A stretch of 64,000 bases of DNA from Alphaproteobacteria bacterium. Lineage in GTDB: Bacteria; Pseudomonadota; Alphaproteobacteria; UBA7887. Positions within the stretch are counted from its first letter, which is position 1. The number at the start of each line of letters is the position of its first letter. Below, in pieces: positions 20,490-30,500 of this stretch. The notes under the pieces were generated by a model, which saw only the letters and a program-made list of their open reading frames with translations, was not told the origin of the DNA and did no database searches. The stretch is from positions 694,853 to 758,852 of the forward strand of contig OZ241350.1 in assembly GCA_965200095.1 (NCBI GenBank), in the 5' to 3' direction. A program made the position numbers and the translations under genes.

Positions 20490-21361
20490 GCCTTGAAGCG
20501 CCGCGCCATGCGCTGGAGCTCGGCCTGCAAGTCCTCTCCCCCTCGATATTCGTCGCGCACGACCGAAAGCGGAGCGAGCAGCTCCGCCGCAACCCGGTTG
20601 CACCAGGATTCGATCTCGTCCGTCGGCGCAGAGTCGGGGCGGCTGTCGGAAAGCGCGGTCTCTCCGAGCCAGAGATGCGCGAGCTCGTGCGCCAGCGTGA
20701 ACATTTGCGCGGCCTTCGTGTCGGCGCCGTTGACGAAAACGAGGGGGGGGGGGGGGGCGAAATCGTCGGCCAGCGCAAACCCCCGGAACTCCTCTGGATC
20801 GAGCTTGCGGCGAGTGTGGCTGCCGACGATGCCGGACACCATGACCAGGACGCCGAGCTCGTCCGCCTGCTCGATGAAGCGGCGCAACGCCTCCGTCCAG
20901 GTCCGGAGGTCGCGCCATTCCTCCAGATCGAACCCGAGCGCCCTGCGCATCCGCGCCGCGACCGTTTCGACATCGTCCGTCAAGCGGGCCGAACCGACGA
21001 ACGGCAGCGGGTCTTCCCCCTCGGAGCGGGCGAACTCCCGGTACCAGTCCTGGCGCTGCTGGCAGAAATAGATCGTGTGGAGGAGGTTCAGGCTGGGCCG
21101 GCCGACCGGCGCGCCGCCGACGGTGCGGAAATCAGGGATCGGGAACGGTTCGTCGGGCGGCTCGGACGTGAAGAAATATCCGACTCCGGCGTGCACGGTC
21201 TTCGCGAATTTCTCGAGCTGTTTGAGGGTCGGGCGAACATCGCCGTTCTCCCACTCGCGGTATCTGGGGAATTTGCGGACCAGCGCGTCCACGCTTACCC
21301 CGGCGCGCTCGCGGCCCCAGCGCAGCATCTCCGGTTTGACATCGACGCGGAAGGTGGTCAT
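20490..21361 (-). CDS. HTH + ImmA/IrrE-family (M78) metallopeptidase-like protein; 3' end probably disrupted by ISAs1
   Basis: ATG 21361 (GGGGG SD). HExxH in FTLAHELAHLWLGE. The N-terminal region resembles the HTH of IrrE-like proteins. Open frame reads through into ISAs1 with no natural stop; a possible 3' remnant lies on the minus strand at 18924-19194. Confidence 0.5.
20743..20757. repeat. G15 homopolymeric tract inside the ImmA-like coding sequence (encodes APPPPL on the minus strand)
   Basis: Counted directly: gag + 15 g + cga. Confidence 0.9.
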
Positions 21362-21690
21362 CGCCGCCCCCATTTGCGGAAATGCCGCAGCACGTCCTCG
21401 AGCCGCGCGCCATAGTCCCACTTTTCGTGAAAGGTCTCGAAGATATGGACGAGCTGCGCTTCTTTCAAGCCGTAGAGGCGGGCGGCGACGGCGTCGAGTT
21501 CGTGGATCATGTCGTCTTTCTCGTCCGCCGCGAGGGGCCCGCAATCGACCCCGACGGCCCCGGCCCAGGCGGCGAAACGGTCGTCCGGGCAAGCGAGACG
21601 CCCGGCGAGCTCGACGACGCGCCGCCATGGGGCGTCGTCGCGCCCGGGACGGGGGATCGGGAAGCAGTTGAATATGAAGTATGAGACCTC
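21358..21690 (-). pseudogene. C-terminal fragment resembling the end of Eco57I/PglX-type methyltransferases (..LDAVAARLYGLKEAQLVHIFETF..)
   Basis: Only the last 60-110 aa look protein-like; upstream it runs into the hairpin-repeat cluster. The LYGLTxEEI-type terminal motif is known from Type IIG/BREX MTases (from memory). Confidence 0.3.
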
Positions 21691-22185
21691 TGCATAACCG
21701 GTTTCGCTTGCCGCAGGATCGTCTTCCCGCGTCTTTACAACGCTCCCGAACTCACCGGCAGAGCATAACGATGTATATCGAACAATACTTCCATTCCCGC
21801 GAAAGAGCGTGTGAAGAAATCGGACGGCTCTCATCGTGACGGACGGATCGCCGAAGTAACGGAATTGTAAAAACAATAACCACCGAATAGTACTTCGTCA
21901 TTCCCGCGAAAGCGGGAATCCGGAGGCGGCCGTCCGCTATATCGGCCCGTTTTTCTTACGGAAACGCCGCAAACAGATTCCCGCTTTCGCGGGAATGACG
22001 AGTATTTGTAAGGCCGTCCTATTTCTTCACATGCTGTTTCGCGAGAATTACCGAGGCAGGGGGCGGATGTTCCCAATTCCGTCACGCATCGTCATACGCC
22101 GACGGCGGGTTCGGAAACGTCGCGAAACGCCGGGAACACAATCCTGCTACAGGCGAAACGAGTTATGCAGAGGTCTCAAGTATGT
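21690..22185. repeat. cluster of REP/MITE-like hairpin repeats (core gtcattcccgcgaaagcgggaatc palindrome)
   Basis: Multiple direct and inverted copies of ttcccgcgaaagcgggaa hairpins and associated 60-100-bp modules. Homologous clusters at 41560-42750 and 61880-62545. Confidence 0.6.
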
Positions 22186-23617
22186 AACATTGGTTTCGAC
22201 GAACCGCCTCGCATACCAGTCGAGCGGTATCGAACAGAGAATTCCGAGCAGAAACGCCTCGTCTTTCTCATCGCCGCGCGGCCAAAGCAGATACGGCCCT
22301 TTGTGGGTGATGAATATCCCGGGCGGCACGAGACAGGCGATCACCGTTCGCGAGCCGAAGCCCTCGCTACATCTCGGAACGCGATCCTCGGCGCAAAGCA
22401 CGGCAAGGTGGACCTGTCACGCAGGTGCTCCCGGCGACGCGCGCGGCGAGCTCCTGCGCCTTCTGCTTCAGCGACCGCCGCCTGTAGGCGTCGTTGAAGC
22501 GGTAAGGCAGGAGGTCCCGGTCCTCGGCATAGGCGATGAACAACAGGCGGAACAGGACCGTCAGCGCCATCTCGTAAGCGCGCGCGAGTTCCCCGGGCGA
22601 CGGCGCGGCGAGGTTGCGCGCGGCGGCCATGCCCCGCGCCAGCGTGGGGACGACGCGGTCGTAGATCCGCTCCCGCAGGCGCTCGGCCAGACCGCCGGAG
22701 AAACGGCGGGAGTCCGCCAGTATCCGGTCGAGACTCCCGCCGGGCGTCAGGGCCTCCGCCGAGTAGAGCAGCCAGAGACAGGGCAGATGCTCGTCCGCCA
22801 GCAGCGGCGGCTGGCACTCGACCCAGGTCTCCGTGCGCCCGCGCCGGCCGACCCCCGCATCGACATCGGCGGCGTAGAGGCGCAAGCGGCTCCCCTGCGT
22901 GAGGAGCGCCCAGCGAAGGTTCTCGTCGTCGGCTTTCTTGAGCGCGTAAGAAACCGGCGACAGGCTGTTGAAACGCCGGTTCGCGGCTTCCGGCGATTCG
23001 TTCTCCCGCAGCATCACCGCCAGCGCGGCGCTGCGGTCGCCGGCGCGCAGCCGCCAGGTCAGGTTGTCGATCCGCTCGACCCGGAAGCCGAGCGCGGCCA
23101 GAAGCTCGCCGTCGCGCTTGCCGAGCGCGTTCGCCGCCTTGCGTTTGGCAGCCGCCCAGTCGTCGCGCCGCGGAACGCCATGCTGGAGTTCGTGCAGGGC
23201 GAGAAGCCCTTCGTTGGCGATCCCGGGCAAGGCGGTTTCCAGCGACGGCAGCGCCTGCGACAGGAAGCGCAGCGCCGCGTGCCGGTCGGGCTGACCGAGG
23301 GCCTCGCGGCACAGCCGTTCGACGCGATCCGCATCCATGCCGGTATGGACCGGCGGCGCTTCGCCGGCGGCGCCGCACAGCGCCGCGCCCCCGGAATGCA
23401 GCACGACCAGAAGAACGGGCGCCGGCCGGCCCTTGCGCCGGGCTTTCCATGCCTCCAGCAGCGCCGTCCGTCCGGGGGCCCGGGGAGCGCGGGCGACCGC
23501 GACCTCGAGCGCATTCGCGCCGGCGCCGAGGAACAGCCCCGCCGCCGCGAAGCCGCTCCCGGCCCGCGGCGACCAGTGCCGGGGCGCGAGATCGGCGAGG
23601 AATCCGCTTCCTTCCAT
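22147..23617 (-). pseudogene. remnant of a large Type IIG R-M / BREX PglX-like gene: about 400-aa N-terminal part plus out-of-frame TaqI_C-like fragment
   Basis: Frame A (23617 to 22367) ends ..LFRLLFIAYAEDRDLLPYRFNDAYRRRS, the helical linker motif preceding the MTase domain in Eco57I/MmeI/PglX-type proteins. A different frame at 22401 to 22147 encodes FLLGILCSIPLDWYARRF (TaqI_C-like). The entire MTase core is missing. Confidence 0.35.
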
Positions 23618-23824
23618 CGCGATGCGCTGTCCTGCAAAATGCGGGGCCGGTCGGCGCGCGACACGGACGGTCGTTCGAATCCTGTCGGCGGCGTCTTCTC
23701 GCACCGTTCTTTCGGAGACGCCACCCCTGCCGCTATCGTTCCCGGACGCAACGGCTTGCCGGGGGGCGGGCGGATTGCGTAGGGTGCGCGCCTTCGTGAG
23801 GTTTCGGCAAGGGAGGACGCGGCG

Positions 23825-24736
23825 ATGACCGGGTTCGAGCCGTTCGCGGGCGTGTTGCCGCCCGTCGTCACCCCGTTCGACGAAGATCTGGCGCCCGACC
23901 GCGCCGCCTTCGTCGCGCATTGCCGGCGGTTGCTCGAACAGGGCGCCGACGGACTCGCGGTGTTCGGCACCACCGGCGAGGCGAACTCGCTGTCGGCGGA
24001 CGAACGCATGGCGCTGCTGGACGCGCTGACGGAGGACGGCATCGACGCCGCCGCGCTGATGCCGGGGACGGGGTGCTGCGCGCTCCCCGACACGGTGCGG
24101 CTGACGCGCCATGCGCTCGACGCCGGTTGCGGCGGCGTGCTGACGTTGCCGCCGTTCTACTACAAGGGGGTGAGCGACGACGGGGTGTTCGCCAGCATCG
24201 CCGAACCGATCGAGCGTATCGGCGACGCGCGTTTGCGGGTCTATCTCTACCACATCCCGCCGATGGCCGGGGTCGGGTTTTCGCTCGATGTCGTGGGGCG
24301 CCTGATCGAAGCCTACCCGCAGACCGTCGTCGGGTTGAAGGACAGTTCGGGGGACTGGAGCAACACCGGGGCGCTGATCCGCGCGTTTCCGGGCTTCGCG
24401 GTGTTTTCCGGGTCGGAAGTTTTCCTGCTCGCGAATCTGCGCGCCGGCGGCGCCGGCTGCATCACCGCAACCGGCAATGTGAACCTCGCGAATATCCGCG
24501 GGCTCTACGCGCGCTGGCGGACGCCCGAAGCCGACGCCCTGCAAGCCGAAATCACCGCGTTGCGCGAAACCGTGCAGGCGCGGCCCATGATCCCGGCGCT
24601 CAAGGCGATTCTCGCGGCCCATACCGGCGCGCCGGGGTGGGCGCGGGTGCGGCCGCCGCTCGCAGCGCTGGACGCGGCCGCCGCGGCGGCGCTCGCCGGG
24701 GCGCTGGCCGCGCACGGTTTCGCTCTCGCCGCGTAA
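23825..24736 (+). CDS. dihydrodipicolinate synthase family lyase (DapA-like)
   Basis: 303 aa. FGTTGE motif, and YxxP...K-type class I aldolase fold residues. Confidence 0.85.
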   Translation: MTGFEPFAGVLPPVVTPFDEDLAPDRAAFVAHCRRLLEQGADGLAVFGTTGEANSLSADERMALLDALTEDGIDAAALMPGTGCCALPDTVRLTRHALDAGCGGVLTLPPFYYKGVSDDGVFASIAEPIERIGDARLRVYLYHIPPMAGVGFSLDVVGRLIEAYPQTVVGLKDSSGDWSNTGALIRAFPGFAVFSGSEVFLLANLRAGGAGCITATGNVNLANIRGLYARWRTPEADALQAEITALRETVQARPMIPALKAILAAHTGAPGWARVRPPLAALDAAAAAALAGALAAHGFALAA

Positions 24737-24761
24737 CGCCGGCGGCGCGCCGGACCCGGCG

Positions 24762-25280
24762 ATGGTCCTGTCCCTCGAGGCCGTGCGCGCGCTCGCGCCG
24801 CCGGGGCGCTATTTCGCGCTGGCGGGGCTTTGCTCCGCGGGAATGCTGGCGACGGCGCTGGGGTTCCAGTATCTCGGCGGCCTCGCGCCCTGCGAATTGT
24901 GTCACTGGCAGCGCGTCCCCTACGCGGCGGTCGTCGTGCTGGCGGCGGCCGGCCTGCTGCTGCGCGGGCGACTGTCGCCGGGGGCGACGACGGCGTTCGC
25001 AGCCGGGTGCGCGGCGCTGTTCTTCGCCGACGCCGCCATCGCCGGCTTCCATGTCGGGGTCGAACAGGGCTGGTGGGCCGGAACCTCGAGCTGCGCCGCC
25101 GCCGATGCGCCGGCGGACGATCTGGACGCGCTGCGCGACGCCGTGTTCGCCGCGCCCGCGGTCTTTTGCGACGCGGTGGCGTGGTCTTTCGCGGGGCTGT
25201 CCATGGCGGCGTGGAACGGCCTCGCGGCGCTGGCCCTGGGCGGCGCGTCGGCGGTTGTCGTCGCGGGGCGGCTGCGGTGA
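24762..25280 (+). CDS. dsbB: disulfide bond formation protein B
   Basis: 172 aa, four TM helices; CELCHWQR redox motif and a second Cys pair. Confidence 0.8.
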   Translation: MVLSLEAVRALAPPGRYFALAGLCSAGMLATALGFQYLGGLAPCELCHWQRVPYAAVVVLAAAGLLLRGRLSPGATTAFAAGCAALFFADAAIAGFHVGVEQGWWAGTSSCAAADAPADDLDALRDAVFAAPAVFCDAVAWSFAGLSMAAWNGLAALALGGASAVVVAGRLR

Positions 25281-25849
25281 GGCGGCGGCCGCTGCCGGGC
25301 GACCTTGCCGGCGCGGATCTGCGGGCGCGCGCGCTGCGCGTCGATCACGCCGGCGAGCTGGCGGCGGTGCGCATCCTTGAAGGCCAGCTCGCCGTGCTCG
25401 GCGACGCCCCGGCGGCGCCGCCGATCCGCGAGATGGCGGCGCAGGAACGGCGTCACCTGGAAACCTTCGAGCGCCTGGTCGCGCGCGACCGGGTGCGCCC
25501 GACGGTCCTGGCGCCGCTGTGGCATGCGGTCGGGTTCGCGCTCGGCGCCGCGTCCGCGCTCGCCGGTCCGCGCGCGGCGATGGCGTGCACAGCCGCCATC
25601 GAGGAAGCGATCGAGACGCATTACGCGCGTCAGATCGCGGCGCTGGAAGCGGACCCCGACGCCGACCGCGAGGACGGCGAAGACGGCGGGGAGCGGAGGC
25701 TGAGCGCGGTGCTGAGAGCGTTCCGGGACGACGAGATCGCCCATCGCGACGCCGCGCGGGCCCACGGCGCGGACGCTGCGCCGGCGCCGCTCGGAGCGCT
25801 GGTGCGCAGCGGCTGCCGCGCGGCGATCCGGCTCTCCGAACGGTTCTGA
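25277..25849 (+). CDS. coq7: demethoxyubiquinone hydroxylase (Coq7 family)
   Basis: GTG start overlapping the dsbB stop (GTGA). Motifs LRVDHAGELAAVRILEGQ and EExEHL-like diiron ligands (EEAIETHY, DDEIAHRD). Confidence 0.75.
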   Translation: MRRRPLPGDLAGADLRARALRVDHAGELAAVRILEGQLAVLGDAPAAPPIREMAAQERRHLETFERLVARDRVRPTVLAPLWHAVGFALGAASALAGPRAAMACTAAIEEAIETHYARQIAALEADPDADREDGEDGGERRLSAVLRAFRDDEIAHRDAARAHGADAAPAPLGALVRSGCRAAIRLSERF

Positions 25850-25865
25850 GCGGCGGGAGAGGCGC

Positions 25866-27866
25866 ATGACGGTTTCCGAACACGCGGACACGGTCGATCT
25901 GGCGGCGGCGGCGTCGCGGGCCGGCGGCGCGGTGTCGCCGGAGGCGCTCGGCGACTTCCTGCGCGGCGCGGCGGCGGCGCCCGAGGGGCCGGACCCGGAC
26001 GCCTGGATCGACCTTGTCGCGCCGGAGGCGGACGCGGCGCTGCGGGCCCGTCTGCGCCGCGCGCGCGAGGCGGCGCGGGCCGTCCCGGCGGCGGCGCCCG
26101 ACCGCGCCGCGAGGCTCGCCCGGCTGCGCGGCGAACTCGCCCGGCGCGGGCTCGACGGGTTCATGGTCCCGCGCGCCGACGAACATCAGGGCGAATGGGT
26201 CCCCCGGCGCGCCGACCGCCTCGCCTGGATCTGCGGCTTCACGGGGTCGGCGGGCGTGGCGGCGGTGCTGCGCGAACGCGCGGCGCTGTTCGTCGACGGA
26301 CGCTACACGCTACAGGCGGAAAGCGAAGCGGCGGAAGAATTCGAGCGGGCGGCGCCGGGCGACCTGCCGGATTGGCTGGCGTCCGCCCTCGGGGCCGGCG
26401 CGCGGCTCGGCTACGACCCGTGGCTGCACACCCGGCGCGGGCGGGAGACGCTCGAGGCCGCGTGCGAACGCGCCGGCGCGTCGCTGATTCCGGTCGGGGA
26501 CAACCCTCTGGATGCGGTGTGGGAGGACCGGCCGCCGCCGCCTATCGCCCCGGTCGTCGCGCATGAGGAGCGCCATGCGGGGCGGAGCGCCGCCGACAAG
26601 CGCGCCGCCTGCGCCGCGGAGCTGGCGCGCGAGGGGCTCGACGCCGCGGTGCTCACCCTGCCGGACTCGATCGCGTGGCTGCTCAACCTGCGCGGCGGCG
26701 ACGTGGCCTTCACGCCGCTGGCGCTGGCGTTCGCGGTCCTGCGCGTCGACGAGACGGTCGACCTGTTCATCGACCGGCGCAAATTGTCGCCGGGCGTGGC
26801 CGCGCATCTCGGCGCCGGCGTGCGCGCGCATGAGCCGGCGGCGTTCGAGGCGGCGCTGCGGGGGTTGCGCGGGCGCGTTGCGGCGGACCCCGACAGCGCC
26901 GCCGAACAGGTGTTCCGCGCGCTCGCGGCGGGGCGCGCCGAGGCGGTGGAAAGCGCCGACCCCTGCGTGCTCGCGAAAGCGGTGAAGAACGCCGTGGAGC
27001 TCGACGGCGCGCGCGCCGCCCATCGCCGCGACGGCGCGGCGCTGGCGCGGTTCCTGCGCTGGCTCGACGAGAACGCGCCGCGCGGCGGAGTCGACGAGAT
27101 CGCCGCCGCGGACCGTCTCGAGGCCGAGCGCCGCAAGGACGCGGATTTCCGCGGACCGAGTTTCCCGACCATCTCCGGCGCCGGGCCGAACGGCGCAATT
27201 GTCCACTACCGCGTGAGCGCGGAGAGCAACCGTCCCCTCGCGCCGGGGACGTTCTACCTGGTGGATTCGGGGGGGCAGTATCCGGACGGGACGACCGACG
27301 TAACCCGCACCGTGGCGGTCGGGACGGCGGACGCGGAAATGCGCGACCGCTTCACGCGCGTGTTGAAGGGGCATATCGCGCTGGCGCGGGCGCGGTTTCC
27401 CGCCGGCGCGACGGGGGCCCGACTCGACGCGCTGGCCCGCGCGGCGCTGTGGCGGGCGGGCCTCGACTATCGTCACGGGACCGGCCACGGGGTCGGCAGC
27501 TATCTCGGCGTGCATGAGGGGCCGCACGCCATTTCCCCCGCGGCGACGGACATAGCGCTGCGGCCGGGCATGATCGTCTCGAACGAACCCGGCTACTACA
27601 AGACCGGCGCGTGGGGGATTCGCATCGAGAACCTCGTCGCCGTCGTCGAAAGCGCGGAGGGCGAGGCGGGCGATTTCCTCGAATTCGAGACTCTGACGCT
27701 GGCGCCCATCGACCGCCGGGCCATCGACCTCTCCCTGCTGGAGGATGGGGAACGGCGATGGCTCGACACCTATCACGCGCGCGTTTTCGCGGCGCTCGCG
27801 CCGCTTCTCGACAGCGTCGACGCGGCCTGGCTGGAAGCGGCCTGCGCGCCGCTCGCCGCGGGTTGA
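25866..27866 (+). CDS. pepP: Xaa-Pro aminopeptidase (M24B, PepP family)
   Basis: 666 aa; HGTGHGVGSYLGVHEGP and the EPGYY pita-bread motifs. Confidence 0.85.
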   Translation: MTVSEHADTVDLAAAASRAGGAVSPEALGDFLRGAAAAPEGPDPDAWIDLVAPEADAALRARLRRAREAARAVPAAAPDRAARLARLRGELARRGLDGFMVPRADEHQGEWVPRRADRLAWICGFTGSAGVAAVLRERAALFVDGRYTLQAESEAAEEFERAAPGDLPDWLASALGAGARLGYDPWLHTRRGRETLEAACERAGASLIPVGDNPLDAVWEDRPPPPIAPVVAHEERHAGRSAADKRAACAAELAREGLDAAVLTLPDSIAWLLNLRGGDVAFTPLALAFAVLRVDETVDLFIDRRKLSPGVAAHLGAGVRAHEPAAFEAALRGLRGRVAADPDSAAEQVFRALAAGRAEAVESADPCVLAKAVKNAVELDGARAAHRRDGAALARFLRWLDENAPRGGVDEIAAADRLEAERRKDADFRGPSFPTISGAGPNGAIVHYRVSAESNRPLAPGTFYLVDSGGQYPDGTTDVTRTVAVGTADAEMRDRFTRVLKGHIALARARFPAGATGARLDALARAALWRAGLDYRHGTGHGVGSYLGVHEGPHAISPAATDIALRPGMIVSNEPGYYKTGAWGIRIENLVAVVESAEGEAGDFLEFETLTLAPIDRRAIDLSLLEDGERRWLDTYHARVFAALAPLLDSVDAAWLEAACAPLAAG

Positions 27867-27870
27867 GGAG

Positions 27871-28686
27871 TCAGTCGGCAGGGCCGGCCGAGTCGCGCAG
27901 CGCGGCGAGAAACTTCTCGATACGGGCGGCGTTGACGCCCACATCCGACCGGCCGACGCGGCTCTTGCTGCGCATGTCGACCTTCGAGCCGCCGGCCCGG
28001 GGGGCGATGCGGATGACGATGTCGTCCTTGAACTCGTAGAAGCGGCTGGTGTCGACGGCTTCGATCCGCAGGGCGGCGGGGTCGGCGGCGACGATCTCCC
28101 AGCCGCTGGCCTCGGCGAGGGCGAGCGCGTGTTCGAAGGTTTCCAGCGGCGGGGCGACGACGGCAAGCGGTCGGACGCCGGGATATCCGGCGCGCTGCTG
28201 CAACGCTGCTTCGGCGCCGGGGTGTCCGGGCGGATTGCTCGCGCCTTCGGCGCTGCGCCGCTCGAGCAGCGCCAGAAACGCCGGCGGGTCTTCCAGGTCG
28301 GTGGAGATGTCGTGGATGAAGGGGCTGGTGCGCACGGTGGCGTAGCGCTCGCCGATGAGGCCCGCGGCGGCGACCCCGGCGACAATGCCGACGAGGGAGA
28401 TAACCGCGCCGCGCCGCGCGCCGCCGGGGAGCGAGGCGCCGAGACCGATGAGGCCGACGACGACCGCGCCGGCCCCGGCCAGGGCGGCGTAGCGGCTGAG
28501 CGTCAACAGCGCGAAGCCATAGTCCCAGCGGCCCTCGCGATAGCCCCAGGCGGCGACCCACAGGGCCGCGAGCGCGGCGACGCCGGCGAGACAGGCGAGG
28601 GTTCCGAGAGCGGTCAGACGTTTCTCGCCGTGAATGCCGCTGGCCATGCTCGCCCTCCCGAATACGGCGGATGCGGAGTCGATCAT
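27871..28686 (-). CDS. DUF1499-like membrane protein
   Basis: Two N-terminal TM helices followed by a soluble domain. ATG 28686 chosen over the ORF-track start at 28719. Confidence 0.5.
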   Translation of the reverse strand: MIDSASAVFGRASMASGIHGEKRLTALGTLACLAGVAALAALWVAAWGYREGRWDYGFALLTLSRYAALAGAGAVVVGLIGLGASLPGGARRGAVISLVGIVAGVAAAGLIGERYATVRTSPFIHDISTDLEDPPAFLALLERRSAEGASNPPGHPGAEAALQQRAGYPGVRPLAVVAPPLETFEHALALAEASGWEIVAADPAALRIEAVDTSRFYEFKDDIVIRIAPRAGGSKVDMRSKSRVGRSDVGVNAARIEKFLAALRDSAGPAD

Positions 28687-28809
28687 GCGCGCGCCGCCGC
28701 GGGATTGCAATCGCCGCATCGACGGCGCATCGACAGTCCGTTGACAGGCTGGGCGCCGCGGCTATAGTCGCGGCTTGCGAAAGACGGGGGCGCGAAGCGC
28801 GGCGCAACG

Positions 28810-29151
28810 ATGTATGCAGTCGTGAAAACCGGTGGCAAGCAGTACCGGGTGTCGAGGAACGACGTGATCAAGGTCGAAACCCTCCCCGGCGCGGCCGGAG
28901 ACCGGGTGACGCTCGGCGACGTGCTCATGGTCGTGGACGGCGCAGAGGTGCGTATCGGCGCGCCCATGGTGGCCGGGGCGTCGGTGGCGGCGACCGTGCT
29001 CGAGCAGATGCGCGAGGACAAGATCGCCGTATTCAGGAAAATCAGGCGCAAGGGCCATCGCCGCAAGCGCGGACACCGCCAGGCGAAGACGGTGTTGCGC
29101 ATCGGCGATATCGACCCGGGCGAGTCGGGGAGCACGCGCGATGGCGCATAA
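28810..29151 (+). CDS. rplU: 50S ribosomal protein L21
   Basis: [14 protein letters not shown]... classic L21 N-terminus. Confidence 0.95.
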   Translation: MYAVVKTGGKQYRVSRNDVIKVETLPGAAGDRVTLGDVLMVVDGAEVRIGAPMVAGASVAATVLEQMREDKIAVFRKIRRKGHRRKRGHRQAKTVLRIGDIDPGESGSTRDGA

Positions 29152-29422
29152 GAAAGCGGGCGGGAGTTCGCGCAACGGCCGCGATTCGGCGGGAAGGCGC
29201 CTCGGCGTCAAGAAATACGGCGGCGAGATCGTGATCCCGGGGAACATCATCGTGCGCCAGCGCGGCACGCGGTTCCACCCCGGAAGTCACGTGGGGATGG
29301 GCCGCGACCACACGCTGTTCGCGACCGCGCCGGGCCGGGTCGCCTTCCGCCGCGGGCGTCGGGGCCGCACCTACGTGTCGGTGGACGCCGCGGGCGCTGC
29401 CGCGGCGAACCCGGGCGGCTGA
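29141..29422 (+). CDS. rpmA: 50S ribosomal protein L27
   Basis: [29 protein letters not shown]... classic L27. Confidence 0.95.
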   Translation: MAHKKAGGSSRNGRDSAGRRLGVKKYGGEIVIPGNIIVRQRGTRFHPGSHVGMGRDHTLFATAPGRVAFRRGRRGRTYVSVDAAGAAAANPGG

Positions 29423-29480
29423 CCTCCCCTCCCGCTCCGCACGAGCGGGGCGGCGTCCGCGACGGGCGGGCGAAACGGCG

Positions 29481-30500
29481 ATGAGTTTTTTCGACGAAGC
29501 GGCGATCCTCGTGCGCTCGGGAGACGGCGGCAACGGTTGCGTCGCCTTCCGGCGCGAACGCCGCCGCCCGCGCGGCGGGCCGGCCGGCGGACGCGGCGGA
29601 CGCGGCGGCGACGTGATCGTCGAAGCGGCGGCCGGTCTCAACACGCTTCGCGGCTTCCGCTCCCGGCGCCATTTCAGGGCGCGCCGGGGCGGCGACGGCG
29701 AGGGTAACGACCGCGACGGCGCCGGCGCCGAAGCGCTGACGCTGCAAGTTCCCGCCGGGACGACGGTCCTCGATGAAGACGGCGCGGCCGTTGCGGACCT
29801 AGCGGCGGTGGGCGACCGCGCGGTGCTTGCCGAAGGCGGGCGCGGCGGGCGCGGCAACGCGGCGTTCAAGTCGCCGACGCGCCAGGCGCCGCGGGTCGCC
29901 GAAGAGGGCCAGCCGGGGGTGGAACGACGCCTGCGCCTGCGCCTGCGCCTGATCGCCGATGTGGGACTGGTGGGCCTTCCCAACGCCGGCAAGTCGACCT
30001 TTCTCGCCGCCGTCACCCGCGCGCGGCCGCGGATCGCCGACTACCCGTTCACGACGCTGGCGCCGCAACTCGGCGTCGCCGCCGCCAGCGACGGGGAGCT
30101 CGTGGTCGCGGATATTCCGGGTCTGATCGAGGGGGCGCACCGGGGCGCCGGCCTCGGCGACCGGTTCCTCGGCCATGTGGAGCGTTGCGCGGTCCTGTTG
30201 CACCTTGTCGACGCGACCGGCCCCGATGTCGGCGGCGCATGGCGCGCCGTGCGCCGGGAGCTCGCGGAATACGGCGCGGGACTCGCCGAAAAGCCGGCGC
30301 TCGTCGGTCTCAACAAGTGCGACGCCGCGGGCGGCGAGGCGCTGCGGCGGGCGCGGGCGGCGCTCGCGGCGGCGGGCGCGCCGGACGCGCGCGTCCTGTC
30401 CGGGGCGACCGGCGCCGGGGTCGCCGATGTCATGGCGGCGCTCGCCGCGGTCGCCGGGGCGGCGCGCGCGCCGGCGCCGGAGACGCCGTGGCGCCCGTGA
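29481..30500 (+). CDS. obg: GTPase Obg/CgtA
   Basis: Obg fold N-terminus ([24 protein letters not shown]) plus G-domain [25 protein letters not shown]. Confidence 0.95.
   Translation: MSFFDEAAILVRSGDGGNGCVAFRRERRRPRGGPAGGRGGRGGDVIVEAAAGLNTLRGFRSRRHFRARRGGDGEGNDRDGAGAEALTLQVPAGTTVLDEDGAAVADLAAVGDRAVLAEGGRGGRGNAAFKSPTRQAPRVAEEGQPGVERRLRLRLRLIADVGLVGLPNAGKSTFLAAVTRARPRIADYPFTTLAPQLGVAAASDGELVVADIPGLIEGAHRGAGLGDRFLGHVERCAVLLHLVDATGPDVGGAWRAVRRELAEYGAGLAEKPALVGLNKCDAAGGEALRRARAALAAAGAPDARVLSGATGAGVADVMAALAAVAGAARAPAPETPWRP

Noticed and set aside
19892-21628. 578-aa minus-strand ORF
   Set aside because: Only the portion from about 20490 to 21361 (ImmA-like) is supported. The remainder is read-through across the ISAs1 element and upstream low-complexity sequence.
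22367-24715. 782-aa minus-strand ORF
   Set aside because: The portion 23618-24715 is antisense to dapA and low-complexity. Only 22367-23617 is protein-like (the MTase-remnant N-terminal fragment).
24830-25849. 339-aa ORF overlapping dsbB
   Set aside because: Coq7 homology starts only at about 25277 (GTG overlapping the dsbB stop). The upstream part is an alternate frame of dsbB.
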